The notes under the pieces were generated by a model, which was given only the letters and a program-made list of their open reading frames with translations, had not been told where the DNA came from and made no database searches. This document shows positions 26,994 to 35,731 of a stretch of 64,000 nucleotides of DNA, piece by piece. Both the position numbers and the translations under genes were made by a program. Numbering within the stretch: the first letter of the stretch is position 1; every line of letters begins with the position of its first letter. Source of the stretch: a virus. The DNA lies in the IMG/VR virus record IMGVR_UViG_3300011417_000001; one strand, given 5' to 3'.

Positions 26994-28676
26994 TTACATT
27001 GTTAGCCACAACCTCCAGTAACTTGCCCCTGAAAGCGGTGTGCCTGTGTTATAAAATGCGAGCTTTGTTCCATCAGCAAGGTAGCCGAGCGATATAAACG
27101 CCCACCGTGCCGCGCTGAAACCGCCACTGCCGGAGATGCTTGGTATTCCCGCGATTTTTTCTATCCTTCGGCTTTGGCAGTCAAATCTTATAAATGGCCT
27201 TTGATAGGTGGATGCAACGGTTGAGTTTCCAACACAGAAATACATATATCTCCCGTCCTGTGTATGAGGGTTGTAGGCTACATGAAGGCAGTCAGTTGCT
27301 ACAATAGTGTCCGATGTCGCGCCTCCTGCCCAATCAACTATTGTTAAAGCGTTTGTCCAGCTTCCTGTTGCCGCTCCCGCAATGTCGAATAAATCATAGG
27401 TAGTAGTCGCGCCCCTGAATAAAAAGATATTACTTGATTTAACAGCGTTGATTTCATCAGCTACCATTCCGAATGCGAACCAGCCAAATGCGCCTGTGGT
27501 CTGCGTTGTCGTCCCCTTTACCGCCCATGTGGTTGTGTCCCACTGGTTAGAGGTATTTACTGCGGTGTAGTTATTGGCGATGGTGTAATTATACATCGTT
27601 GTTGTGCCTCCGAAGAATCCGAGAATATTATCCGTCCAGTTTTCAATTACATACTTTGCTGTTGCTGATGGTGTAACCGTCCAATTTGTCGTTCCTGATG
27701 AAATGGTGTAAACCGGGGATGCCCCTGCGGTGTGGCTGATTATCCTGCGCCTCTGTCCTACTGCTGTTGGCGTTCCGGTGTCCTCAACAATTCTTATTTG
27801 ATAATTGCGGTACTGATTTACTAACACTGCCGCATCTCCGCCTGCCGCTTGTCCAGTTATCGTTGTCGCTGCGATTGCCGTTGCTGTCAGGCATTGCAAG
27901 GTAGTTCCGTTTATATCGCTGCCGTAAGTTGATGTTCCTAAATATCCCTCTCCTGATTTTCTATCGTGTGGCACATATCCTTCGTCCGTTGCTACTAAGA
28001 AATTGCCAGTTGTCGGAACGGTTGCTATTAAGTTTGTAGTGCCTAATGATGATAGTGATGCAGTTAAACAATCATATCTTCTCCACTGATTTGCCGCGAT
28101 TGCACCTGTGCCTAAATATAAATAACTCCCTGAAAGAAATTCGTATCGGTCATTGGCGTTTGGTGCGGTTGGTAGGGCGGACTCTAAAATGATTGTCGGT
28201 GTAGTGCTTGAGGTGTTGGCTACACATCTGCGCTCGGATATAACCCCTGTCACGATATTAATTATTCTAATAATAAATCCTTTGCCATCACCCCTGTCAG
28301 CTAATTGATTTTCGCCTACTGTTGCCGGTAGTGCGGTGCTTAATACTACCTTAGTGGTTGTTCCGCCTGCTGCTAATACTCCTGATGGAGATAACGCGGG
28401 GCTGAATACTGCTGTGTTGCCAGCCCCGAATCCGCCCCCTGCTCCGAAAGTAGTGTTAATCTGCCCCCACGAATCGTGCATAATATTATACCCGTATTGT
28501 GCGGATGCCGTTCCATTAAGATATACTATCGGGTGGTTGTAGCCGTTATTGCGTAAATCCTCTGCTGACCAGTACCCGCTTCCTACTGCTGTTATTGCCG
28601 CCATTACCGGCTGTGATAATAGTTCCCATTCGTGGGTGTCGAGGACTTCTATATGTTCATTTATTGATGCTGGCAT
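26994..28676 (-). CDS. Thr/Gly-rich structural protein in the major-tail position, possible beta-propeller
   Basis: 560 aa with recurring blocks of about 45-60 aa containing aromatic-x-hydrophobic strands and W/Y (RYEFLSGSYLYLG, KYVIENWTDNILGFFGG, IFLFRGATTTYDLFD, RYMYFCVGNS, LAFYNTGTP). Confidence 0.4.
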   Translation of the reverse strand: MPASINEHIEVLDTHEWELLSQPVMAAITAVGSGYWSAEDLRNNGYNHPIVYLNGTASAQYGYNIMHDSWGQINTTFGAGGGFGAGNTAVFSPALSPSGVLAAGGTTTKVVLSTALPATVGENQLADRGDGKGFIIRIINIVTGVISERRCVANTSSTTPTIILESALPTAPNANDRYEFLSGSYLYLGTGAIAANQWRRYDCLTASLSSLGTTNLIATVPTTGNFLVATDEGYVPHDRKSGEGYLGTSTYGSDINGTTLQCLTATAIAATTITGQAAGGDAAVLVNQYRNYQIRIVEDTGTPTAVGQRRRIISHTAGASPVYTISSGTTNWTVTPSATAKYVIENWTDNILGFFGGTTTMYNYTIANNYTAVNTSNQWDTTTWAVKGTTTQTTGAFGWFAFGMVADEINAVKSSNIFLFRGATTTYDLFDIAGAATGSWTNALTIVDWAGGATSDTIVATDCLHVAYNPHTQDGRYMYFCVGNSTVASTYQRPFIRFDCQSRRIEKIAGIPSISGSGGFSAARWAFISLGYLADGTKLAFYNTGTPLSGASYWRLWLTM

Positions 28677-28955
28677 TTATCGTGTAATTAATTGGCTGTT
28701 TCTTGTGTTAATCATTATCTTGTTCTGAAAATAAATTGAAAAGGTCTGGTCAACTAATCCTGAACCTGCTGTGGTGAAGGCTACTGAGCCGCTTATTGGC
28801 AGCGTGCCGGCTGATGCGCCCGGTGTAATTTTTACCATCCCTATCTCATTTGTATAAGACGGGGTGTTGGCAACCTGAATTAGTTTTTTTAGCCCTATGA
28901 TAATGCTATCAAGATGCTCTATTGTTTCCTGTTCTCGTGTGAATCCTTGTGACAT
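28677..28955 (-). CDS. Hypothetical structural-operon protein
   Basis: 92-aa ORF whose stop abuts the next ATG. Confidence 0.4.
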   Translation of the reverse strand: MSQGFTREQETIEHLDSIIIGLKKLIQVANTPSYTNEIGMVKITPGASAGTLPISGSVAFTTAGSGLVDQTFSIYFQNKIMINTRNSQLITR

Positions 28956-28959
28956 GTTT

Positions 28960-29289
28960 TTAAGTTATTAGTACTCCAAATAAATTAAATGATAATCGGG
29001 TATTGCCAGCATAAACTCTTATTACGTCCGTTGCATCAAGCGTTATTCCTACGGTGGCTATAAAGGTATCATTGGCAGGAATAGGCACATCGTAGTATAG
29101 GTATTGTTCGTTGGCATCTGCCGCCCCGTTTGGGGCTACTGATACCCGGAAGGTGGTAGCAGAAGCATCCCTGTTGCACACCACTACACTGCTTATAACG
29201 CACTCTGTCGCTGCCGCAATGGTAAGTATATCCGTTAAGGTTGTTGCTGCTGGTGCGCTTTGTGCTAATACTCTTCTAAATTCTGCCAT
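28960..29289 (-). CDS. Hypothetical structural-operon protein
   Basis: 109-aa ORF, tightly packed. Confidence 0.4.
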   Translation of the reverse strand: MAEFRRVLAQSAPAATTLTDILTIAAATECVISSVVVCNRDASATTFRVSVAPNGAADANEQYLYYDVPIPANDTFIATVGITLDATDVIRVYAGNTRLSFNLFGVLIT

Positions 29290-29290
29290 C

Positions 29291-29614
29291 TTACATTCCT
29301 CCTAACATCATGTGTTTCCAATATTCCTCGTCTATGCTGGTTAGTTGTGATATTAACATTGCGTCTATCGCGGCTTTTAGTGCTGCGGCCGAGGCAGTTG
29401 CCGGAGCTATTATGCGGTTAAAGTCCAGATAGTAAACCCGCTCTCCCTCGTTTATCTCGTACCAGTGCCACTTGAATAATACTATATTCGGGTCGTTAGG
29501 GTCAATGTATGTCTCCACATACGCCTTTTTAACGTAAACAAACTGGCCTTCTACCGTTAGCTGAAGGTAAATGGGGCTGTAGTCTACTATGCTTGTTACG
29601 TTGCTTGTTGGCAT
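29291..29614 (-). CDS. Hypothetical structural-operon protein
   Basis: 107-aa ORF. Its ATG directly follows the TAG of the -1 frame extension (TAGATG). Confidence 0.4.
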   Translation of the reverse strand: MPTSNVTSIVDYSPIYLQLTVEGQFVYVKKAYVETYIDPNDPNIVLFKWHWYEINEGERVYYLDFNRIIAPATASAAALKAAIDAMLISQLTSIDEEYWKHMMLGGM

Positions 29615-29914
29615 CTACTCTTCCGACCAGGAGCCGGCTTTTGCAGGTTTTATATTTTTGGTTTTTTCAAGAAAGTCATTTACAAGAACAAAGTAGTCGT
29701 AGAGGGTATGGTATTTCGTGTCCGTGTTGTATCGTGCGCCTATTTCGTGCCGTTGAGTGAAGAAACTTCTTCGCGTGTTGCCGATTGCTTGCCAGAAGTG
29801 GCTTTCGATTGGTATTTTAGTATCTTCTCCAGTGTCGTTTGACAGGTTTGATAAATCTCTTTTGATAATTTTGGCAAGGGTATCAAACTGTCGAGCTGCT
29901 GATACAAAAAAAAA
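29615..29914 (-). other. -1 frame extension ORF (99 sense codons, no ATG/GTG/TTG) that opens exactly at a T9 slippery run
   Basis: On the - strand, GAT TTT TTT TTG (plus-strand A9 at 29906-29914) gives the heptamer T TTT TTT in the zero frame. The -1 frame is closed by TGA TGA immediately before the run. It then stays open to the TAG at 29615-29617. Confidence 0.5.
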
Positions 29915-30372
29915 TCATCAACATCCCCGTTTTTCTTCCATGTCGCTATCTTTTTCTGCGAGTATGTCTCGTTGTAGGTGTAGGGGCTTTCGTTCTCATC
30001 AAAGTAGGCTACTGCTGCCATTTTATAGATAAGATTCTTTGGCGGGATAACAAAGTTTACCCGCTCCTCTAAGAAGTTAAGCACCCGGCTTACTTCAAGT
30101 ATCTGTATCGGGTTAGAATTACACAGCTTTTTAAACTCTTTGACAAACTCTTTTAAGGTAGTAACCTCTATCCTCATACTTATCTCTTCATACACCTGAT
30201 ACGCATCTAATCCACGTTCAGTAAACGTATCAAACATGTCATGCAGCTTGTAGTATGGCTTTCCCCCTGAATAAAACGCTACATCAACAATGTGCCCGGT
30301 CTGTAATTCCCACTTCTTGCGCTTGGTGAAGATTAGTTTAAGGAGATGCTGTATGTATTTCCATTTTGTCAT
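29740..30372 (-). CDS. Hypothetical protein (zero-frame product, 210 aa) containing the candidate frameshift site
   Basis: The ORF overlaps the stop of the upstream 65-aa ORF. A 125-nt apparent gap follows its own stop. Confidence 0.5.
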   Translation of the reverse strand: MTKWKYIQHLLKLIFTKRKKWELQTGHIVDVAFYSGGKPYYKLHDMFDTFTERGLDAYQVYEEISMRIEVTTLKEFVKEFKKLCNSNPIQILEVSRVLNFLEERVNFVIPPKNLIYKMAAVAYFDENESPYTYNETYSQKKIATWKKNGDVDDFFLYQQLDSLIPLPKLSKEIYQTCQTTLEKILKYQSKATSGKQSATREEVSSLNGTK

Positions 30373-30569
30373 CAGTACTGTTTTATTGTTTCAATTAGCT
30401 TTTCATCTGTTGACTGTATTATCTTTGAGTTCTTTCGCCCTAACCAGAAAAGGTTGTTTTGATAGTAGTGGTATAGCTTGTACAGCCCCTTTCGATATAT
30501 TTTTCCTTTCATTGCGCAGTTGCAGTACCCGTGCCATGCCCAGCCTAAGTTGATGATTTGCTCGTGCAT
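30372..30569 (-). CDS. Hypothetical protein
   Basis: 65-aa ORF, Cys/His/Tyr-rich. Confidence 0.35.
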   Translation of the reverse strand: MHEQIINLGWAWHGYCNCAMKGKIYRKGLYKLYHYYQNNLFWLGRKNSKIIQSTDEKLIETIKQY

Positions 30570-30577
30570 TCACGTTT

Positions 30578-30739
30578 TTAGATTGTTTCTGTTGGATTGG
30601 GGTCGGGTTTTGGCGGTTCGTTGGGTAAGAAGTTTGTAAGTTTAATTCCATCCACATTAACCCCAATTGATTTTAAATAATTAACACAGGCGATTGCCTT
30701 TGATTTTGTGTCCTGAAATTCTTTTGTTTCTTCTGTCAT
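30578..30739 (-). CDS. Hypothetical small protein
   Basis: 53-aa ORF found by hand (MTEETKEFQDTKSKAIACVNYLKSIG...). It has an ATGA overlap with the upstream stop and ends 8 nt before the next ATG. Confidence 0.35.
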   Translation of the reverse strand: MTEETKEFQDTKSKAIACVNYLKSIGVNVDGIKLTNFLPNEPPKPDPNPTETI

Positions 30740-31044
30740 TTAATATTTGTTCTATAATATTCAATACAACTATTTATTAATGTATTTAATGCGCTTAACC
30801 CAAATACATAAATGATATACACTAAGGCGTTATGAAGATTAAGTTCGTAGTTGTACCAATAGATGTAAGTTGAGTGGACGCTCGCCATGCATGTGGGACA
30901 ATCGTATAGCGGTTTTTTAATATACTCCGGTAAATTGTGGCACAAATTGTCTACCCATGCGTTGACTTCGCCCTCCTGTGTGCTGAGGTGAAAGCCGATA
31001 ATGAATAGAGAATTAAAGATGAGTAACAGAATTAATTCGCTCAT
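30736..31044 (-). CDS. Membrane protein
   Basis: Hydrophobic segments ELILLLIFNSLFIIGF and ALVYIIYVFGLSAL. Confidence 0.4.
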   Translation of the reverse strand: MSELILLLIFNSLFIIGFHLSTQEGEVNAWVDNLCHNLPEYIKKPLYDCPTCMASVHSTYIYWYNYELNLHNALVYIIYVFGLSALNTLINSCIEYYRTNIK

Positions 31045-31165
31045 GCTTTTGATTTATAAATCCGCTTGCGCTTTTTCTTTTTGGCTTTTGCCTCTGTTTT
31101 CATTGGTTCGTAGTTGTAAAGCCATGAATGAAATTTGTCGGGCTTTGTACTGGTGATGACATGAT

Positions 31166-31840
31166 TCATGCTATCTCAGTTGTGTAGTTAAGGTTAAGTG
31201 TCAGGCAGTCGTAAATTGCGTAGCCAATGGTGAATGTTACAGTCTGGTTATTAACATTGTTTATAAATACGGTGATTGCCCCGAAGTCAGGGGTGAAGAA
31301 TCCTTCTGGAAAGTTGGCTACTCTTATGGTGAAGGAGCCATCTGCTTCGGTAGTTACTGTTTGTGAGTACTTGTTCCCGTGAAGGTCGGTGAATATTAGC
31401 GTATAGTCGGTGGCCGCTTGTAGGTCTAAATCTATTACATAATTTCCGTAACAAGAAATGAGGTCGTAAGGATAACAACTTGCACAGCCAGTGGTTTCGG
31501 CTACGACCTCGTACCATGCTGCGCTGGCAAGGTAAATGGTGTCTGCCCCGTCTCGGTAGTAAACATCAACCTGCTTACCTAAGAAAAGCGCAATGTCAAT
31601 GTCACGGGTTATTTGAAGTATTGGGTTTTGATTCGATGCGATGAATCCGCTGCCCCCGGTGTTTATGCAGGTTAGCAGTTCGTTGAGGAATGTATTTAAG
31701 CTCATCCCTGTCCAGTCCTGTGAATTGGTGCATAACGTGTAGACTACCCCGTAAATATCAGTAGTCTCAATGTAAAGTGTCTGTACTCCTGTCGGTAAGG
31801 TTACGCCCGTAAAGTCTAATTCCGCAATGATTTGCGCCAT
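31166..31840 (-). CDS. Hypothetical virion-module protein
   Basis: 224-aa ORF downstream of the large terminase. Confidence 0.4.
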   Translation of the reverse strand: MAQIIAELDFTGVTLPTGVQTLYIETTDIYGVVYTLCTNSQDWTGMSLNTFLNELLTCINTGGSGFIASNQNPILQITRDIDIALFLGKQVDVYYRDGADTIYLASAAWYEVVAETTGCASCYPYDLISCYGNYVIDLDLQAATDYTLIFTDLHGNKYSQTVTTEADGSFTIRVANFPEGFFTPDFGAITVFINNVNNQTVTFTIGYAIYDCLTLNLNYTTEIA

Positions 31841-31933
31841 AGGTGAAATTGGTAAGGTTTACGCTATTTCCCGGTGGCGGGACAGAAAAGTGTATTTCCG
31901 AAAAAAACGGACGTTGCGAATATATAAACTATT

Positions 31934-33151
31934 TCAATACTTTAAAAAGGTTTTGTGAAAAGTATTTAACAAATATCTTACACAATCAAGTAGGTGTGTT
32001 TGGTGCTTGTCTTTTGTCTTGTCAATGTCGCCTTCGGAATCTACCTCGCAGTATATCATGTCTTCGATTAAGTATTCACAAGAGGGGTCAATATTTATTT
32101 CTCCGTTCTGCAAGATGGAGTTCATAAGTACTCTTGTATCTTGCGCTGCCGGATTAACTGCGGGTTGTTTCATCTGCGTGTCTACCAAATTTAATTCTTT
32201 TTTTATTACCGAGTAGTAGTTAATGTTTCCTCTCGTTAGTGCGCTGCGGTTGTGCCCGGTTGCGTCACCTGTGATTATAAACACTGAATCAGGATAGGCT
32301 ACTTTTATTCTTTGACATAGCTCATAAATATCAGATTGTTCAAGCCTAAATTCTTTGATGATGTTTACTTTTCCTGTTTCTGTTGACTGCGCGGCAATGC
32401 AGGTTATCGGGTCAACGTTAAAATCGAACGCTAACTGTAAATACTCCTGTGGATTGTACTCGCACTCTTTGATGTGCTTTTCTTTTGAGAATGCATAGGC
32501 AAAAGGATTAAGTGAAAGGTCAACGTCATCCGCCATGAACTCGCACCTAAATGTCATGCTGTCTAATTGATGCTTGACTGTTTCTATTTCCGCATGGTCT
32601 ATAAATGGATTGTCGTAGGTGGTGAATTTAAACGCTGCCCAATCATCATACTTTGTGCAGGTTCGGAATAGCTCTTTAAAGTAGGTCTTGCCGAATTTAG
32701 GTGTAGATAAAAACCATGCCGTCCCTTTGTAGTCGGTTAGTGTTGCTCTGATGGTCTGCTCCCACGCCTCTTTAAACTTGTTTGCCTTCTCGCACTCGTC
32801 AACTATTACAAGGTGGTACTTTCTCCCCCTGCCTGAATCGGGGTTGTCCATTGACCAGATGTCAAGCGTTCCGTTGGTTATCGTTGTTATCTGTTTTACC
32901 TGTTCGTCCTTTGACCTGATGACTTCAAAAAGGGTGTTCTTGAGCATGTTCCATGTCTCGTAAACATCTTTGTAGGTCGGGGCGTAGTAGGCTACATATT
33001 TGCCGTCTAAAAGCGCATTTACTGCAAGGTCTGTGGCGATTTCAGTCTTCCCCCACCGTCTTCCGCATTTAAGAACGTTAAACCGCTTCTGCCCCTGTAT
33101 TACTTTCTCCTGATTCGGATGGAGGGTTTTCAGGTTTATCGTTAGCTCCAC
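31934..33151 (-). CDS. terL: Terminase large subunit
   Basis: Walker A-like CGRRWGKT near the N-terminus and Walker B LVIVDECE. The C-terminal part looks nuclease-like (DFNVDP, ITGDATG). Confidence 0.85.
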   Translation of the reverse strand: MELTINLKTLHPNQEKVIQGQKRFNVLKCGRRWGKTEIATDLAVNALLDGKYVAYYAPTYKDVYETWNMLKNTLFEVIRSKDEQVKQITTITNGTLDIWSMDNPDSGRGRKYHLVIVDECEKANKFKEAWEQTIRATLTDYKGTAWFLSTPKFGKTYFKELFRTCTKYDDWAAFKFTTYDNPFIDHAEIETVKHQLDSMTFRCEFMADDVDLSLNPFAYAFSKEKHIKECEYNPQEYLQLAFDFNVDPITCIAAQSTETGKVNIIKEFRLEQSDIYELCQRIKVAYPDSVFIITGDATGHNRSALTRGNINYYSVIKKELNLVDTQMKQPAVNPAAQDTRVLMNSILQNGEINIDPSCEYLIEDMIYCEVDSEGDIDKTKDKHQTHLLDCVRYLLNTFHKTFLKY

Positions 33152-33398
33152 GTATTATGCGAATAATGGTGTCGTTCTCGGTTTCGTTGATGATGTGTTC
33201 GGATGGTTTGCCGTATTTATAACCAAAGTAAAGCTGAGCGTGTTGAATGTTTCCTTTAAGGGCTTCTTTTTTAACTGCTTTCCATATTTCCTGTTCTTCC
33301 TCTTTAGTAATACACTGCTCTAACGTTTTAGCAAGGCCAAGTATTTCAGCCTTTGTTCGCCTACCTGCTCCGGGTCTTGCTCCGCCTGTTCCTGCCAT
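33078..33398 (-). CDS. Terminase small subunit (putative)
   Basis: 106 aa with an N-terminal MAGTGGARPGAGRRTKAE motif common in small terminases. It overlaps the start of terL by 74 nt. Confidence 0.55.
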   Translation of the reverse strand: MAGTGGARPGAGRRTKAEILGLAKTLEQCITKEEEQEIWKAVKKEALKGNIQHAQLYFGYKYGKPSEHIINETENDTIIRIIRGANDKPENPPSESGESNTGAEAV

Positions 33399-33440
33399 TG
33401 ATTTTTATTGAAGATTCAATATCAATTAGTTACAAATCAA

Positions 33441-33755
33441 CTATTCGCATTTCATTACTTTACTTTCGATTGTCCAGTGAAGTCCCCCGTCAACTGAGGT
33501 TTTTTTGTAGTAAACCTGGCCTTGTTCGATTTCGTTGTATTCTCCGTTGCAGTACTTTGTCTGGCTTTCGATGTAGGTTTGGGTGGGCTGTCCTGATGCT
33601 GCCGGGTCAATGGTTGTGGTCAGGGTGCAGGTTTTGCAGATTGGCTCGTTTTCTTCTTTTGAGCAGCCCATTAAAAAACAGATGAAGCAAATCAGAAGTA
33701 TCTGGGTTATTAGCCGGATTTTCTTTTCAACTGATTCTCCGTAGATTCTGCTCAT
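33441..33755 (-). CDS. Lipoprotein
   Basis: Signal peptide plus lipobox (ICFICFLMGC). Confidence 0.5.
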   Translation of the reverse strand: MSRIYGESVEKKIRLITQILLICFICFLMGCSKEENEPICKTCTLTTTIDPAASGQPTQTYIESQTKYCNGEYNEIEQGQVYYKKTSVDGGLHWTIESKVMKCE

Positions 33756-33935
33756 TTAATTTAGGTAAACTTCAATTTCGTAAATTACCAAAGGGTGCGT
33801 TTTTATTTTCTTGCTTTTGTTTATTAACATAAACATTTGACGCACTCCTTCAATCCTGCCTTTTTCTACTGGCGGTGGCTGAAAGTTTGCCGGGTCGTAC
33901 CCACTAAAATTTATTCCTTCTAAATCTTCAAACAT
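33756..33935 (-). CDS. Hypothetical small protein
   Basis: 59-aa ORF found by hand. Its TAA abuts the ATG of the lipoprotein gene. Confidence 0.3.
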   Translation of the reverse strand: MFEDLEGINFSGYDPANFQPPPVEKGRIEGVRQMFMLINKSKKIKTHPLVIYEIEVYLN

Positions 33936-33950
33936 AATTGCAAATATAGT

Positions 33951-34148
33951 TTATTTTTTAATCCGTTCAGCAGTTAGCCCTTTTATTTCTTTACCCTCTT
34001 TATCAACATTTAACTTGTTCTTGGATTTGAAAGCGAAGTCGCCTCTTAGGTAGTTTTTTATTTCTTTCTGCTGCTGCTTTCTTATTGCTTTGTATTCTTC
34101 AAAGCTCATTCCTTCGGGGCGGGCGGTTAGGATAGGTGTTAGTTCCAT
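33951..34148 (-). CDS. Hypothetical protein
   Basis: 65-aa Lys-rich ORF overlapping the upstream stop. Confidence 0.35.
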   Translation of the reverse strand: MELTPILTARPEGMSFEEYKAIRKQQQKEIKNYLRGDFAFKSKNKLNVDKEGKEIKGLTAERIKK

Positions 34149-34468
34149 TATTGATTTATTTCTAACATATTAAAGTTAGTCCATGTTTTTAAGTGTCCTA
34201 AAACATCTTTCGGTAATGGCGGTAGCGGCATCCAATATAAAACATCTTCCGCAAAATATAGTTTTTCTTCGGCTTCAAATCTTCTGTTTTCTGTGATAAA
34301 TATATTTGAACGATGGGTATGTTCTGTTTCATAGTTTTCCATGAATATCGCCCGACATCTCCCGGTGTTAGATTTTAAATAAATATTTTTGTATTCTAAT
34401 ATTATTAAAACCTCTTGTAGATTTTTTGGGTTTTGTTCTTTAGTTGAAATCCATCCGTTTGTATTCAT
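34148..34468 (-). CDS. DUF551-like protein
   Basis: The N-terminal GWISTKEQNPK and C-terminal VLYWMPLPPLP resemble the DUF551 pattern. Confidence 0.4.
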   Translation of the reverse strand: MNTNGWISTKEQNPKNLQEVLIILEYKNIYLKSNTGRCRAIFMENYETEHTHRSNIFITENRRFEAEEKLYFAEDVLYWMPLPPLPKDVLGHLKTWTNFNMLEINQ

Positions 34469-35028
34469 AGTGTCGCTCGTGTTATTTTTTTATCGAAAAT
34501 ATATGTGTGAAGTATCTTGTCAATGTGGTGTTCAGTTTCGGCTATCTTCCATGCCTGCTCGCAGAAGATGGTGTCTTCGCCAAAATTACTGATTCCAAAA
34601 TCAAGATGCTTGAATTTTTCTGTTTTAAATGCACAGCAGGAGAATGGTTTTCTTTTCGTAATTCCATTGGCGTTAAATTCTTCGTTCTCGTTTTGCAGTG
34701 AGAAGTTGATAGTTGATTCGCCCCACTCTTCAATAATAGCGGTTTGGTCGAAGGTGATTATGTCTACATCTGATTCTGCGGCTTTTAATAGCTCTTCAAT
34801 ATAATCCTCGCTGCACTTATCATCATCGTCTAAGAATGCAAAATACTTCCCGTTCGCTAACCTCATGGCTCCCGTTCGCTTTTCTCCGATGGTTCTTTTT
34901 TTGTTGTCCATAAAAACAATTATTTCAGCTTCAGGGTAGTTGTAAGATTGTGTTAATAACTTGTCAACAAGTTTTTGAAGCGTAGTAAAGCGTTCTGGGA
35001 TTGAGCAGATTAGTATTGAGAGCGTCAT
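34465..35028 (-). CDS. Glycosyltransferase family 2 (GT-A)
   Basis: LSILICSIPER at the N-terminus and a YFAFLDDDD DxD motif. Confidence 0.7.
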   Translation of the reverse strand: MTLSILICSIPERFTTLQKLVDKLLTQSYNYPEAEIIVFMDNKKRTIGEKRTGAMRLANGKYFAFLDDDDKCSEDYIEELLKAAESDVDIITFDQTAIIEEWGESTINFSLQNENEEFNANGITKRKPFSCCAFKTEKFKHLDFGISNFGEDTIFCEQAWKIAETEHHIDKILHTYIFDKKITRATL

Positions 35029-35174
35029 TTTATTTTAAATTGAATGCAGTAATAAAGCCACCCAATATTAAGATAACAGAAATATTTATCATAATAAAAA
35101 GATATGAACGGTAAAAGATTTAGGTTTTTCCAATCCCCGTCTTCTCTTGGCTTGTATAAATTATATACCTTCAT
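35025..35174 (-). CDS. Hypothetical micro-protein
   Basis: 49-aa ORF found by hand. It bridges the 142-nt gap exactly, with an ATGA overlap at each end. Confidence 0.3.
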   Translation of the reverse strand: MKVYNLYKPREDGDWKNLNLLPFISFYYDKYFCYLNIGWLYYCIQFKIK

Positions 35175-35731
35175 TTTATTACTACTAAAACATCATCATA
35201 ACGGTTTTTGATGTGCCTGCGGTCTATTGTCTCTATTGTTTTTTCTGAATCTATATATTTATAAAACGGAACCACTTCTTGTATATCTTCAATAATATAG
35301 ATACCATCTTTATTTAAATAAGGTTTGAAGTTTCGGTAAAGTAGCATTTGTTGGTCAAAGCTGTGGTTCGCATCCTCAATTATCACATCAAATTTAATGC
35401 CTAAAAAAAACTTTTCTATCGTTGCCTGGTCTTCTGCATCTCCGATAAATATTTTGTGCGTTCCTTCGGCTATTATCGGGCGTAAATCGTACCGGCCTCC
35501 TATTGGGGTTTCGTCACAATCTATCCCGTAAACATTCGCTTGTTCTGAAAAGTATCGCTCCCACATTCTCATTGATGCCCCTTCAAGCAGCCCAATTTCT
35601 AAAATGTTTTTCGCGGTTGCCCTGTAGGGGCGCAGGATTTCTTCATACACTTCAATATAGCTGTGAATTGACCCTTTGTCAGATTCGTGTCCCTCGGCTT
35701 TAAGCTGGTTGTAGATTTCCTGTAAAGTCAT
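35171..35731 (-). CDS. Class I SAM-dependent methyltransferase
   Basis: ILEIGLLEGASMRMW (motif I-like), VYGIDCDE and DVIIEDANHS. Confidence 0.65.
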   Translation of the reverse strand: MTLQEIYNQLKAEGHESDKGSIHSYIEVYEEILRPYRATAKNILEIGLLEGASMRMWERYFSEQANVYGIDCDETPIGGRYDLRPIIAEGTHKIFIGDAEDQATIEKFFLGIKFDVIIEDANHSFDQQMLLYRNFKPYLNKDGIYIIEDIQEVVPFYKYIDSEKTIETIDRRHIKNRYDDVLVVIK

